A stretch of 64,000 nucleotides of DNA from Burkholderiales bacterium. GTDB taxonomy: Bacteria > Pseudomonadota > Gammaproteobacteria > Burkholderiales > Casimicrobiaceae. The notes under the pieces are model-generated. The model was given only the letters and a program-made list of their open reading frames with translations. It searched no databases and had not been told where the DNA came from. Positions 11,081 through 21,742 of this stretch are shown here, in pieces. Location of the stretch: NCBI GenBank assembly GCA_017989135.1, contig JAGNQL010000002.1, positions 1,385-65,384 on the forward strand, in the 5' to 3' direction. Made by a program: the position numbers and the translations under genes. The stretch's first letter is position 1; the number at the start of each line of letters is the position of its first letter.

Positions 11081-11157
11081 GGGCCGTTAGCTCAGTTGGT
11101 TAGAGCAGAGGACTCATAATCCTTTGGTCGTAGGTTCAAGTCCTACACGGCCTACCA
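11081..11157 (+). tRNA. tRNA with CAT anticodon, most likely tRNA-Ile2 (lysidine-modified)
   Basis: 77-nt cloverleaf GGGCCGTTAGCTCAGTTGGTTAGAGCAGAGGACT-CAT-AATCCTTTGGTCGTAGGTTCAAGTCCTACACGGCCTACCA with encoded CCA; lacks the initiator GGG/CCC anticodon stem; position after rpoD is typical. Confidence 0.92.
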
Positions 11158-11262
11158 CTCCCTCTTTGCGCTCGTCGATAGCGTTCACCAACTTGGCCCC
11201 GCCGTGGGACAAATTTGGGCCGCTTGCAGCGAGACAACGCATCTCGCTATCAGCGCAAGACT

Positions 11263-11289
11263 GTCATTCCCGCGAATGCGGGAATCCAG
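11263..11289. repeat. ATTCCC-N8-GGGAAT palindrome (dRS3/RPE-like)
   Basis: gtcattcccgcgaatgcgggaatccag; related paired arms at 21743-21842. Confidence 0.75.
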
Positions 11290-11361
11290 ACCGATAACGA
11301 ACTTTCCCCCACGCTTTCTATCGGCCGCAGCGCACAACTACACGCACAAACCCCTTGCGTA

Positions 11362-11421
11362 AATTGATATTTACGTCAATAATTTGCCAATCTAAGCAGT
11401 ATTTTGACGTAAATATCAATT
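11362..11421. promoter_or_regulatory. Probable autoregulatory operator pair of the HipBA-like operon
   Basis: Perfect 18-bp inverted repeat aattgatatttacgtcaa (11362-11379) / ttgacgtaaatatcaatt (11404-11421); each half contains TTGA-N8-TCAA; the second overlaps the start codon. Confidence 0.75.
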
Positions 11422-11683
11422 GCAAACCCTTCAAGAACTAGGTCAAGCCGTAGCATCGCGTCGCCAAGCCCTCGGCTTACAGCAAGGCGTTGTGGCAGAG
11501 CGGGCGGGCATCACCGCCGAAACCCTCTCGCGCTTCGAACGCGGGCGTACGGCCGAATTCGGCGCGCGCAAACTGCTCGCCGTGCTCGCTGTGTTGGGCA
11601 TGGAACTAGACCTTGCCACCGCCGGACAATCCGGCACGCTCGACGAACTACGCCGCGAACGTAACGGTGCGGGGAGCGCGTGA
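11420..11683 (+). CDS. HipB-like XRE helix-turn-helix antitoxin
   Basis: LGQAVASRRQALGLQQGVVAERAGITAETLSRFERG; 4-bp overlap with the HipA-like gene; TTG start. Confidence 0.85.
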   Translation: MQTLQELGQAVASRRQALGLQQGVVAERAGITAETLSRFERGRTAEFGARKLLAVLAVLGMELDLATAGQSGTLDELRRERNGAGSA

Positions 11684-13002
11684 AGCTCGCCGTCTACGTG
11701 CTCGGTCGTGAGGTCGCCATCCTGGAACAAGCGGGCGACTTCAAAAGCGTATTGACCTACCACGCGCACACCGCGCCGGACGACTTCGTGTCGCTCACCA
11801 TGCCCGTGCGCACCCAGTCGTACGTGTGGGACGACCAGTTGCCGCCCGTCCTGCAAATGAACTTGCCCGAGGGCTATTTGTTGCAAGTGCTGCAAGAGCA
11901 ATTCGGGCCACATGTTGGTGCGAGTCCCATCGCCCTGCTCTCTGTTATCGGTCGCAACATGGTCGGCCGCATACAAGTCGCCGCGCCCAGCGCAACGCTA
12001 AGCGAGCCCGCAAACGCGATCGAAGTATCCGCACTGCTGCGAGGTGACAACTCCGAAGAAGCCTTCGCAGAACTCGTTCGCCAACACGCCACTAGCGGCG
12101 TCTCCGGCGTCGTACCGAAATTTCTCGACGCACAGAACGAACCGCCTGCGGGTTTCAAAAAAATCAGCGTCATCACGCGACGCCACATCATCAAAGGCTC
12201 GAGCCACGCGCTGCCCTTCATTGCGCTCAACGAACATCTCTGCATGCAGGTCGCAGCACGCGTCACGCCGACCGCCAAGACGGAAGTGTCCGAAGACGGT
12301 CAAGCGCTGGTTGTGCATCGGTTCGACGTGAACGACGACGGACAACCACTGCGCGGCATGGAAGATTTTTGCTCGCTGCTTGGCTTGCGTCCAGCGGCCA
12401 AATACAACACAACGTGGGAGCGCATCGCCCGCGCCGTGCGCGATCATGTGCCGGGTGAGCGGCGCTTAGAAACCTATCGCCAACTCGCCACGACGCTGCT
12501 CTTGACCTACGCATTGCGCAACGCTGATTGCCATGCCAAAAATCTTGCGTTGCTCTATACGACACGAGCCGACGCGCAGCTCTCGCCCACCTACGACATG
12601 CTCACCACCGACGTCTACGCGGGCTATCAACACAACCCGCCGGGCATCGAATTCATGGGCAAAAAAACGTGGGCACCCGGAAAGAACCTGCAAAGATTCA
12701 TCGCCGCCACCTTCGGCATTCCCCCGCGCGAACAAACGCAAATCATCGAAGCCATCAGCAACGCGGTAGCCGACGTCGCGCCACAAGTTCGTCAAGCCAT
12801 GCAACAACACGTAGGCTTTGAAGACATAGGCAAACGCATGCTCATGGCGTGGGCCGAAGGCGTGCGCGGACTGCGCGACCAACGCACCTACGCACTCGGG
12901 GAATGGGTTGCGGGCGAAGCGTTTGAAAATTTCTCACTGCCACCGAAACTGAAAACTGAATCCTCTTCGATTGGACGTTCGCCACTCCTTGGTAAGCGCT
13001 AA
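11680..13002 (+). CDS. hipA: HipA-family serine/threonine kinase toxin
   Basis: N-terminal VSLTMP..LPEG, Gly-loop SGVSGVVPK, LVVHRFD, MEDFCSLLG, catalytic NADCHAKN, LSPTYD. Confidence 0.9.
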   Translation: MKLAVYVLGREVAILEQAGDFKSVLTYHAHTAPDDFVSLTMPVRTQSYVWDDQLPPVLQMNLPEGYLLQVLQEQFGPHVGASPIALLSVIGRNMVGRIQVAAPSATLSEPANAIEVSALLRGDNSEEAFAELVRQHATSGVSGVVPKFLDAQNEPPAGFKKISVITRRHIIKGSSHALPFIALNEHLCMQVAARVTPTAKTEVSEDGQALVVHRFDVNDDGQPLRGMEDFCSLLGLRPAAKYNTTWERIARAVRDHVPGERRLETYRQLATTLLLTYALRNADCHAKNLALLYTTRADAQLSPTYDMLTTDVYAGYQHNPPGIEFMGKKTWAPGKNLQRFIAATFGIPPREQTQIIEAISNAVADVAPQVRQAMQQHVGFEDIGKRMLMAWAEGVRGLRDQRTYALGEWVAGEAFENFSLPPKLKTESSSIGRSPLLGKR

Positions 13003-13178
13003 AACGTTCTTAATGGAATCAAAACGGAAAGCAATGACTATGTCCCCTGCGGACCTGCTCGATGATCGCGCCTACCTCCTCACGCACTTCGGGCCCATGT
13101 ACATCGAAGCTAGAAGATTCCGTTGCTCCGCTGGCCTGCTCAACGACCAATTGACATCTGAAAAAGCGAGGAGGAATC

Positions 13179-14450
13179 GTGCAAGTTGAGCTGCACACCG
13201 ACGAATTTCCAGCATTATTCCAGCGGTTCGGCGAAATGGTCGGTGCCCACCACTGGAAAAGACGTGTTGATCTAATCAAAACCGAATTCAAAGGAAACAG
13301 ACTACTGAAGGAGCATCTGTTTCAAGAAAATGAAATGGTTTTCAGCCTACAGGCGTCTACCGAACTCGCAAAGAAGTTCGGCGGGTTTCCTGCGCATCTA
13401 GTGAACTGCCGCCCACTGTATCCCTGTATGGCTTTTGCCGCGCAAATCCTGTCTATCGCAGAAGCATCGGCAAGTACTCAACGAGCCCAACTGGTGCGTC
13501 GTGTTCACGGCGCTATGAAGAATCCCGACGACATGCGGGCATTGCGCCTAGAGTTGACTGCGGCGACACATTTCTTGCGCCGAGGTTTGACGGTTGAGTG
13601 GCCAGAAACGAGCGGCGGCGGCACCATGGACCTGGTGCTCCCCGGATTAGGCCCGCGTGGGCTTGAGATCGAGTGTAAGTCCGCCTCGGATGACAAAGGT
13701 CGCAAGATACATAGGCGTGAGGCCTTGGACTTCTGCGCGCTCATCGCGCCCAAGCTCAATGACGTTGGCAAAGGCCTGAAATCTGGTGTCGCGGCTGTCC
13801 TAACGCTTGAAGGTCGGATGCCAGGGAGCTTTACAGCACGGCGAAATCTGGCCCAATCGGTAGTACGGTATGTGCTGGCAGGTTCTAGCAACTGCACGCT
13901 AGATGGTGCGAATCTCCGAATCCATGAGTTCGATCCTAAACTGCTGGGTGACGTTGGTGAAAATGGCCTTCCAGTCATAACCAGAGACAATATTGACTCC
14001 ATCACAGGCACCACCAACAGGGAGGCACTCATCGTCGGTCGAAAGAATGGCGGCGCGATTGTTCTTGTGCTGCAAAGCGCACAGGATGACTCTCTGCTTG
14101 CGTATGTATTCGACACGCTGTCAAGGTCGGCCAGCAAACAGCTTTCGAAGAAGCGCGCTGGCATGTTCCTAGTTGGTCTTGATGGACTGGAGGCCGCGTC
14201 AATGATCGCGCTGGCCCAGCAGGACTTGACCGGGGGTCAACCTGCAACGGCACTTCGAGTGCGAGTCAGCGAATTCTTGGCCAACCAAGGCCGCGATCAC
14301 GTGGTGGGCGTCGGTTTCATTAGCAAGGGCGCGTATCGCTCCTCGTCAGTCGGGGCGATTGATAGCGGTGGATCGGCCTATGTTTTCCCCAAGCGGGAGA
14401 GCACATTCTGGCATTCAGACTTCGCAGGGTTGTTCTCAGAAAGAGTGTGA
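13179..14450 (+). CDS. Hypothetical protein with a PD-(D/E)XK nuclease-like motif
   Basis: RBS GAGGAGG before GTG; 423 aa; ELTAATHFLRRGLTVEW...MDLVL...LEIECK; codon usage differs from core genes. Confidence 0.7.
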   Translation: MQVELHTDEFPALFQRFGEMVGAHHWKRRVDLIKTEFKGNRLLKEHLFQENEMVFSLQASTELAKKFGGFPAHLVNCRPLYPCMAFAAQILSIAEASASTQRAQLVRRVHGAMKNPDDMRALRLELTAATHFLRRGLTVEWPETSGGGTMDLVLPGLGPRGLEIECKSASDDKGRKIHRREALDFCALIAPKLNDVGKGLKSGVAAVLTLEGRMPGSFTARRNLAQSVVRYVLAGSSNCTLDGANLRIHEFDPKLLGDVGENGLPVITRDNIDSITGTTNREALIVGRKNGGAIVLVLQSAQDDSLLAYVFDTLSRSASKQLSKKRAGMFLVGLDGLEAASMIALAQQDLTGGQPATALRVRVSEFLANQGRDHVVGVGFISKGAYRSSSVGAIDSGGSAYVFPKRESTFWHSDFAGLFSERV

Positions 14451-14549
14451 ATTGCCCTAAACCGCAAGGCCTCTGATTCAAACCCACTGCAACTAGTCTG
14501 AATGCTCAGTTGCCTTCGTGTGACTATCGCTCGCGGCAACGTACGTGGT

Positions 14550-14705
14550 AGCCATGCAACGTGGGCAGCCCTCTGCCCGCCAGTCAGTTGTGTCCTGTAA
14601 CTACTGCGGTGGGGGTACCGGGCCCACCGTCCCCGGCTGATGATGTAACGACCATGAACTGCTTTGCCAGCAACCCATCCGTCTCTGCGGGGCACCTCCC
14701 CTAGT
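14550..14705 (-). other. Structured non-coding remnant, possibly an IS110-family left end
   Basis: Hairpins gggcag/ctgccc (14563-14578) and cggtggg/cccaccg (14607-14629); family resemblance recalled from memory only; no transposase follows. Confidence 0.35.
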
Positions 14706-14734
14706 GCGTAGTAGAGGCGTCGCAAACGCTTAAC

Positions 14735-15940
<1,206 letters not shown>

Positions 15941-16017
15941 CTATCGAAACCGAACTTTAATGCGTCGACGCCCCGCTGGCTATGGCCGGATGCGCCAAAT
16001 ACTTGTACGATTCGAAC

Positions 16018-16914
16018 ATGACAACACGTTCCCAGAATCGTCGTACTGATACCGGAACTACGATCCAAACGTTTAGCCTTTTCGGCGAGTCCGCGCACCT
16101 GCCGGATGTGTTGCATTGCGAGACGATAGCTGCGCGCTCGGCGTTGCACGATTGGGAATTGTCACCGCATCGACACGGCCAGTTGCATCAGTTGTTGCTG
16201 TTGACCACGGGCGGCGGCGCGGTGCAGCTTGAGGGCCAACGCGTCGCGCTGGCGCCGCTCTCGCTCGTGAACATCGCCGCTGGAGACGTGCATGCGTTCT
16301 CGTTTCAGCGTGGAACGCAAGGTTGGGTGACCACACTCGCCGACGAATTGCTGGGCGAAATCTTGGCGCAGGCGGGTGACGTGCGGAGGGCGTTGGGACA
16401 ATCGTTCGTGATCAATGCCAACGTCGGTATTCGCAACGTGGTGGCGAGCATCGCCGATGAATTTACGGACCGTTCGCCTGCGCGCGCGCTGGTGCTGCGC
16501 GGCCTGGCTGCGACGCTCTTGGGGCTGGTCGCGCGGGCGGCCGCGGACGCAGCGGTGGTGGCGCGGGACTTGCCCGATTCAAACCTGCTGCGGCGCTTCG
16601 AGGCTTTGCTGGAAACACAGTTTTTGAAGCATTGGAGCGTGGCGGATTACGCGCGCGCATTGGCGGTAAGCCCGACGCACTTGAGCCGCGTGACGCGTGC
16701 GGCGACCGGGCGCGCGGCGTCGTATTTGATCGACGAGCGCATCGTGCGCGAAGCTCGCCGGAATCTCGCGTACACGCAACTGCAAATCGCGACCATCGCC
16801 GACACGCTGGGCTTCAACGACGCGGCGTATTTCAGCCGCGTGTTCACGCGCGTCACGGGCGTGTCGCCGCGCCAGTTTCGCGCACAACTGTTTGCCCCGA
16901 GCGGAAAGCTCTAA
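16018..16914 (+). CDS. pobR: AraC-family regulator (PobR-type)
   Basis: FSLFGE..DVLHCETIAARS..HDWELSPHRH; C-terminal AraC HTH (IADTLGFNDAAYFSRVF); divergent from pobA. Confidence 0.8.
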   Translation: MTTRSQNRRTDTGTTIQTFSLFGESAHLPDVLHCETIAARSALHDWELSPHRHGQLHQLLLLTTGGGAVQLEGQRVALAPLSLVNIAAGDVHAFSFQRGTQGWVTTLADELLGEILAQAGDVRRALGQSFVINANVGIRNVVASIADEFTDRSPARALVLRGLAATLLGLVARAAADAAVVARDLPDSNLLRRFEALLETQFLKHWSVADYARALAVSPTHLSRVTRAATGRAASYLIDERIVREARRNLAYTQLQIATIADTLGFNDAAYFSRVFTRVTGVSPRQFRAQLFAPSGKL

Positions 16915-16922
16915 ACAACACT

Positions 16923-17048
16923 TTAACAGCTTTTCCGCGCTATCGACCAGTGGGTGGTCGTTTCAAGGTCATTTTTCTAATTATCGATAATTGATAAAAA
17001 GCGAGCGCCAGCACCGCCTGGCTGTCGCTTGTCATAAAAAGCTATTAC
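16923..17048. repeat. ~126-bp palindromic intergenic element, copy B
   Basis: ttaacagcttttccgcgctatcgacc...aattatcgataatt...gtcgcttgtcataaaaagctattac; perfect 14-bp central palindrome. Confidence 0.8.
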
Positions 17049-17080
17049 TAACGCGCATCGCAACGACGCTCGTTCACCCG

Positions 17081-17145
17081 GCAGGAGCGACATCAGTCGC
17101 GCTCCTTGGGACCACCGCACCGAGCGCGACTGATGTCGCGCCTAC
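17081..17145. repeat. GTAG-type REP doublet
   Basis: gcaggagcgacatcagtcgcgct ... agcgcgactgatgtcgcgcctac. Confidence 0.8.
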
Positions 17146-17149
17146 ACAC

Positions 17150-18865
17150 TTACCGTTGCGTCGCGTCGCTCACGCCCACCAACGCGTTTGTGAGCACGCG
17201 GCCCTCGCTCGCACTCGGCACACGGACGTTAAGAATCTGCGCGAGCGTCGGTGCGATGTCGACGGTTTCGGCGTATTGACCGTAGCGCCCCGGTTTGATC
17301 CAGCGACGGCCCTCAAACATCATCGGCACATTGGTGTCATAGCTGTACGGCGTGCCGTGCGAGCACACGCTGGTCAGCGTGGGTGCCTTCGTCTGAAAAT
17401 AGTAGAACGGCTTTTGCACTACGACGATGTCGACGGCCATTTGCCGATGCCACGCGCGCTGCACCAATAGTCCGATTCGATGCTGCGGCATCGCGCCCTG
17501 TTCGAGTTGCGTGCGCGTAAACGCGTAGCCAATGCCCGGTTGCTCTAGGAGCGTGCGTGCGACGAAATTCTCCACTTCGTCACGCTTGAGCCCTTTGGCG
17601 TCGATGGCCGCGTAGTCGAGCGTCCAGCCGCCGACCATGTGCTGCGTGGCAACCTTCGCGATACCAAATTTCTTCTCTGCAATCACGTTGACCGCCGTGC
17701 GCAACTCGGCCGAATCGATGCGCGCCGCGTCAAATCCGCGCGCGGTGCTGTACTCCGGTGTGTTCATAAATCCATGATCGGCGGTCAGCACGGTGAGCAC
17801 GTTGTCACGGCCAACCTGCGCGTCGACAGCATCGAAAAATTTCGCGATCGAGCGATCCAAGCGCAGCAAGTGATCCATCGACTGAATGCTCTCCGGGCCA
17901 AAGGCGTGGTTCACGTAGTCGTGCCCCGAAAAACTCACGCCCAGAATGTCGGTCGCGCCTTTGGGATTCAGACCAATGTTTTCCGCTTTCAAGAGCGCGA
18001 CCGAAAAATCGGCCATCGATTCATCAGCGTACGGACCGGTGAGCAGCGTGCGGTAGTAAAGCGAGCCGGGCGAGGTTTCGCCGATGCCGTACATGTAGCC
18101 CATTTTCGAAGTCATGTTGTAGCGCTGGGTCGACACTTGGCCCTCGGGCAAGGCGCGCGCGTAGATCTTCGCGTCGTCGAACAGCGGATTCCAACGCGCG
18201 TGAAACCATTTGTCTTGCGGTTTACTCGCGTAAAAGTTCTCCCACCATTGTGGGTGCTTGTCCATGTAATAGCTGGTGCTCGTGAAGCGACCCGTCTTTG
18301 TGGAATACATGTAGGCCGTGCCCGTTTTTCCGGCCAACAAAATTGCGCCACGATCTTTTCCGGAAACGGCGAACACGCGGCTCGCGTTGTTGTTGGCGTA
18401 GCGCAGCTCGTCGCCAAGCAAACTCGCTTGCAACAGTTTTGGACTGACGCCGTCTTCCAGCGTGGTCGGGGTGCCGTCGAGGTATTTGTGCGCGGCATCG
18501 GCGGTGTTGTAGATGAACTTACCGTCGCGCGTTTTCCAATCGTTTCCGATGATGCCGGTTTGATACGGGTACGCACCTGAGAGCACAGCGGCGTGTCCGG
18601 CTGCGGTCACGGTGAAGGCGTGCGCCTGATGGGCGTCGGAGAACCACGCGCCTTTATCGATGACGCGACGAAATCCGTTGGGTGCAAGCAGGTCATAGTT
18701 TTTCAGCAGCTGCTCTTGCGGCAAGCCATCGACCATCACAACCAGCACCAGTTTCGGTGGTGCCACACCGCCCGCTACGTCCGCTGCGTGCAACAGCGGC
18801 GCGATCGTGAGCCCGGTGACGCTGAGCACCAGCACACGCTTTAAGCACTTGAATAGATGTTGCAT
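17150..18865 (-). CDS. Alkaline phosphatase superfamily protein (PafA-like)
   Basis: Signal peptide; VVMVDG, HAFTVTAAGHA (Thr nucleophile), SGKDRGAIL, SFSGHDYVNHAFGPES, LTADHG, HGTPYSYDTNVP. Confidence 0.88.
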   Translation of the reverse strand: MQHLFKCLKRVLVLSVTGLTIAPLLHAADVAGGVAPPKLVLVVMVDGLPQEQLLKNYDLLAPNGFRRVIDKGAWFSDAHQAHAFTVTAAGHAAVLSGAYPYQTGIIGNDWKTRDGKFIYNTADAAHKYLDGTPTTLEDGVSPKLLQASLLGDELRYANNNASRVFAVSGKDRGAILLAGKTGTAYMYSTKTGRFTSTSYYMDKHPQWWENFYASKPQDKWFHARWNPLFDDAKIYARALPEGQVSTQRYNMTSKMGYMYGIGETSPGSLYYRTLLTGPYADESMADFSVALLKAENIGLNPKGATDILGVSFSGHDYVNHAFGPESIQSMDHLLRLDRSIAKFFDAVDAQVGRDNVLTVLTADHGFMNTPEYSTARGFDAARIDSAELRTAVNVIAEKKFGIAKVATQHMVGGWTLDYAAIDAKGLKRDEVENFVARTLLEQPGIGYAFTRTQLEQGAMPQHRIGLLVQRAWHRQMAVDIVVVQKPFYYFQTKAPTLTSVCSHGTPYSYDTNVPMMFEGRRWIKPGRYGQYAETVDIAPTLAQILNVRVPSASEGRVLTNALVGVSDATQR

Positions 18866-18977
18866 AAGACTCTTCCTCGCTTTGATCTCGTTTAGGCGCA
18901 TTTTGATTTGATTCTAGGCGCGTCGCTTCGCCCGCCGCTTCACGCTTACACTAGATCGAACCATTCGTAATGTCACT

Positions 18978-19856
18978 ATGCAAGCATCCCTCAAACTTCT
19001 CAGCGAACACGCGTGCTTCGGTGGCGTACAACGCTTCTATCAACACGATTCATCGGTCATCGGTTTGCCGATGCGCTTTGCGCTGTTTTTGCCTTCGGCC
19101 GCAGCCATCACGAAGGTCGGCGGTCGTGCGCCCGCATTGATGTATCTCGCGGGTTTAACGTGCACCGAAGAAACGTTCACGATGAAGGCAGGTGCTCAGC
19201 GACGCGCCGCGGAGCTTGGGCTCGCGCTGATCATGCCCGATACCAGCCCGCGCGGCGCGGGAATTTCTGGTGAAGCCGACGCGTGGGATTTTGGTGTTGC
19301 GGCGAGCTTTTACTTGGATGCGACCGAAGCGCCTTGGGCAAAGCATTACCGCATGGAAACGTATCTCACGACGGAGCTTCTCGCGCTGATTGCCGAACAG
19401 TTTCCGATTGACGCTAAGCGCATTGGTATCTTCGGACACTCGATGGGCGGGCATGGCGCGCTCACGCTTGCGCTGCGGCATCCGGGCTTGTTCAAATCGC
19501 TCTCGGCCCTCGCACCGATCTGCGCGCCTACGCAGTGCGCGTGGGGACAGAAAGCGTTCACGGGATACCTCGGCGCGGACGTTGGGCAATGGGCCTCGCA
19601 CGATGCGACGGCGCTCATGAGCAAAAACACAGACGCGCCGTTTCCAGACGGAATCTTGATCGACCAAGGCTTGGCCGACAAATTCTTGGCCGAGCAATTA
19701 AACCCCGCGCATTTTGAAGTGGCCTGCAAGCGCGCCGGACAGGCCCTCACGGTGCGTCGCCACGCGGGATACGATCACGGCTATTACTTCATTTCCACGT
19801 TCATCAACGATCACCTTGAGCATCACGCGAAGACGCTGCTGCGAGTTGCGCAGTAG
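18978..19856 (+). CDS. fghA: S-formylglutathione hydrolase
   Basis: LAGLTCTEE, PDTSPRG, GHSMGGHGA, GYDHGYYFI. Confidence 0.93.
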   Translation: MQASLKLLSEHACFGGVQRFYQHDSSVIGLPMRFALFLPSAAAITKVGGRAPALMYLAGLTCTEETFTMKAGAQRRAAELGLALIMPDTSPRGAGISGEADAWDFGVAASFYLDATEAPWAKHYRMETYLTTELLALIAEQFPIDAKRIGIFGHSMGGHGALTLALRHPGLFKSLSALAPICAPTQCAWGQKAFTGYLGADVGQWASHDATALMSKNTDAPFPDGILIDQGLADKFLAEQLNPAHFEVACKRAGQALTVRRHAGYDHGYYFISTFINDHLEHHAKTLLRVAQ

Positions 19857-19918
19857 ATCCGTAGTGCGGGCACTGAGCGCACTACGAATTACAAAATGAG
19901 ATTGTCAAAAGAAACATC

Positions 19919-21082
19919 ATGAGCAAAAAACACCCCACCACCGCCTTGATCCACCCCGTTCGCGAAGTGCCTGCTGGCTTTCGCGCCTTGATGCCGGGGA
20001 CGGAGCGCGCGTCCACTGTGCTCTTCGAAAACGTGAGCAAATGGAAAAACCGTTCGGGTTTTGACGAATCGATTTACACGTACGGCACCAGCGGCACGCC
20101 CACCACGCGCGACCTGCAAAACCGCATCGCTGAGTGGGAGGGCGGCTTCGCCAGCGTGCTGTTCCCGTCAGGCTTGGCTGCCGTGGCGTACGCGTTTCTG
20201 CCGTTTGTTGCGCCGGGCGATCACGTCTTGATTCCTTCGAACGTGTACGACCCCGTGAAGACATTGTCGAACGGATTGCTCAAGCAAATGGGCGTAACCG
20301 TCGAGCAATACGACCCGTTGGTTGGCGCGGGAATCGCAGCGCTCATCAAACCGAACACAAAAATCGTGTGGGTCGAGACGCCGGGCTCAATCACAATGGA
20401 ATTGAGCGATCTGCCTGCCATTGCACAAGCTGCGCATGCGGCTGGCGCGCTCGTCGCGATCGACAACACGTACACCGCGGGTTGGTATCTGCGGGCGTTT
20501 GAATTGGGTGCGGACATTTCGGTGCACGCACTCACCAAGTATCCCGCGGGTCACAGCGATCTCGTCATGGGTTCGATCACGGCCAAAGACGAAGCCACAT
20601 GGAAGCGCGTGAAAGACATGGCGCTGCAAACGGGCCAATGCGTCGCGCCGGACGACGTGTACTTCGTGTTGCGCGGCCTGCCGACAATGCCAATCCGTAT
20701 CAAACACGTTGAGCGCGTTGCGCTCGACTTGGCACATTGGTTAAAAGCGCAGCCACAGATCAAAGCGGTGCTTCACCCCGCGCTGCCCGATTGCCCCGGT
20801 CACGATATTTGGAAGCGCGATTTCACGGGCTCCACGGGCGTGTTTTCCATCGTGTTTCAAGATCAGTACGGCGCGGAATCTGCGGCGCGGTTCATCGAAG
20901 CGCTTGAACTCTTCGGCATCGGCGCAAGCTGGGGGGGTATCGGCTCGCTAGCGCTCACCTATGACCTCACAAAGTCTCGCGCGAATTGGCCGCACAAGGG
21001 CGCACTCGTTCGGCTCAACATTGGGCTTGAGGACGAAAATGATTTGCGCAATGATTTGGAGCGCGCGCTGAAGGGGCTTTAA
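19919..21082 (+). CDS. metC: Cystathionine beta-lyase (trans-sulfuration PLP enzyme)
   Basis: YGTSGTPT, PSGLAA, ETPGS, DNT, ALTKYPAGHSD (PLP lysine), FGIGASWGG, VRLNIGLED. Confidence 0.85.
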   Translation: MSKKHPTTALIHPVREVPAGFRALMPGTERASTVLFENVSKWKNRSGFDESIYTYGTSGTPTTRDLQNRIAEWEGGFASVLFPSGLAAVAYAFLPFVAPGDHVLIPSNVYDPVKTLSNGLLKQMGVTVEQYDPLVGAGIAALIKPNTKIVWVETPGSITMELSDLPAIAQAAHAAGALVAIDNTYTAGWYLRAFELGADISVHALTKYPAGHSDLVMGSITAKDEATWKRVKDMALQTGQCVAPDDVYFVLRGLPTMPIRIKHVERVALDLAHWLKAQPQIKAVLHPALPDCPGHDIWKRDFTGSTGVFSIVFQDQYGAESAARFIEALELFGIGASWGGIGSLALTYDLTKSRANWPHKGALVRLNIGLEDENDLRNDLERALKGL

Positions 21083-21101
21083 GTGTCTTGGGTTTGCGTC
21101 G

Positions 21102-21161
21102 GTAGGCGCGGACTTGGCCGCGCTAGCTCGTTGCACCGAGCGACGCCAAGTCGTCGCCTAC
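21102..21161. repeat. GTAG-type REP heterodoublet (GTAGGCGCGGACTYGGCCGCGCT / AGCGACGCCAAGTCGTCGCCTAC)
   Basis: Same 60-bp unit recurs at 25582, within 29154-29392 and reversed at 40322 and 40421. Confidence 0.88.
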
Positions 21162-21234
21162 CATTCAAGTGTTTCAGGTTACCGCAACGCCTCTCTTCCC
21201 TTTCGGGCGAAGGAGATAACTCAAGGAATTCAAC

Positions 21235-21717
21235 ATGACCACCGCCTACGACCTCACCGCCAAAGACATCACGGGCAAACAACAAAAGCTCTCGAAGTAC
21301 AAAGGCAAAACGCTTTTGATCGTGAACACCGCGAGCAAGTGCGGATTCACGCCACAGTACAAAGGCTTGCAGGCGCTCTACGACAAATATCACGATGAAG
21401 GCCTCGAAGTGCTCGGCTTTCCGTGCAACCAATTTGGCGAGCAAGAACCGGGCGACGCGGCTGAAATCGCGAGTTTTTGCGACTTGAATTACGGCGTCAA
21501 CTTTCCGATGTTCGCGAAGGTCGATGTCAACGGCGACGACACCGCGCCGCTCTTTGAGCATCTGAAGAAAGCCGCGCCGGGACTGCTTGGAAGCGAAGCC
21601 GTGAAGTGGAATTTCACGAAATTTCTTGTCACGCCCGATGGCAAAGTAAAGCGCTTCGCGCCAACTGACGAGCCTGCGTCGCTGGCGAAGGATATTGAGA
21701 AAGCGCTCGGCAAGTGA
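21235..21717 (+). CDS. Glutathione peroxidase family protein
   Basis: VNTASKCGFTPQY, LGFPCNQFGEQEPG, KWNFTKFLV. Confidence 0.93.
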   Translation: MTTAYDLTAKDITGKQQKLSKYKGKTLLIVNTASKCGFTPQYKGLQALYDKYHDEGLEVLGFPCNQFGEQEPGDAAEIASFCDLNYGVNFPMFAKVDVNGDDTAPLFEHLKKAAPGLLGSEAVKWNFTKFLVTPDGKVKRFAPTDEPASLAKDIEKALGK

Positions 21718-21742
21718 CACGCGAACACATGATGCACAGCGT

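Noticed and set aside
11081-11157. tRNA-Met call from the CAT anticodon
   Set aside because: Lacks initiator features; sequence and position after rpoD fit tRNA-Ile2 better, though elongator Met cannot be fully excluded without an isotype model
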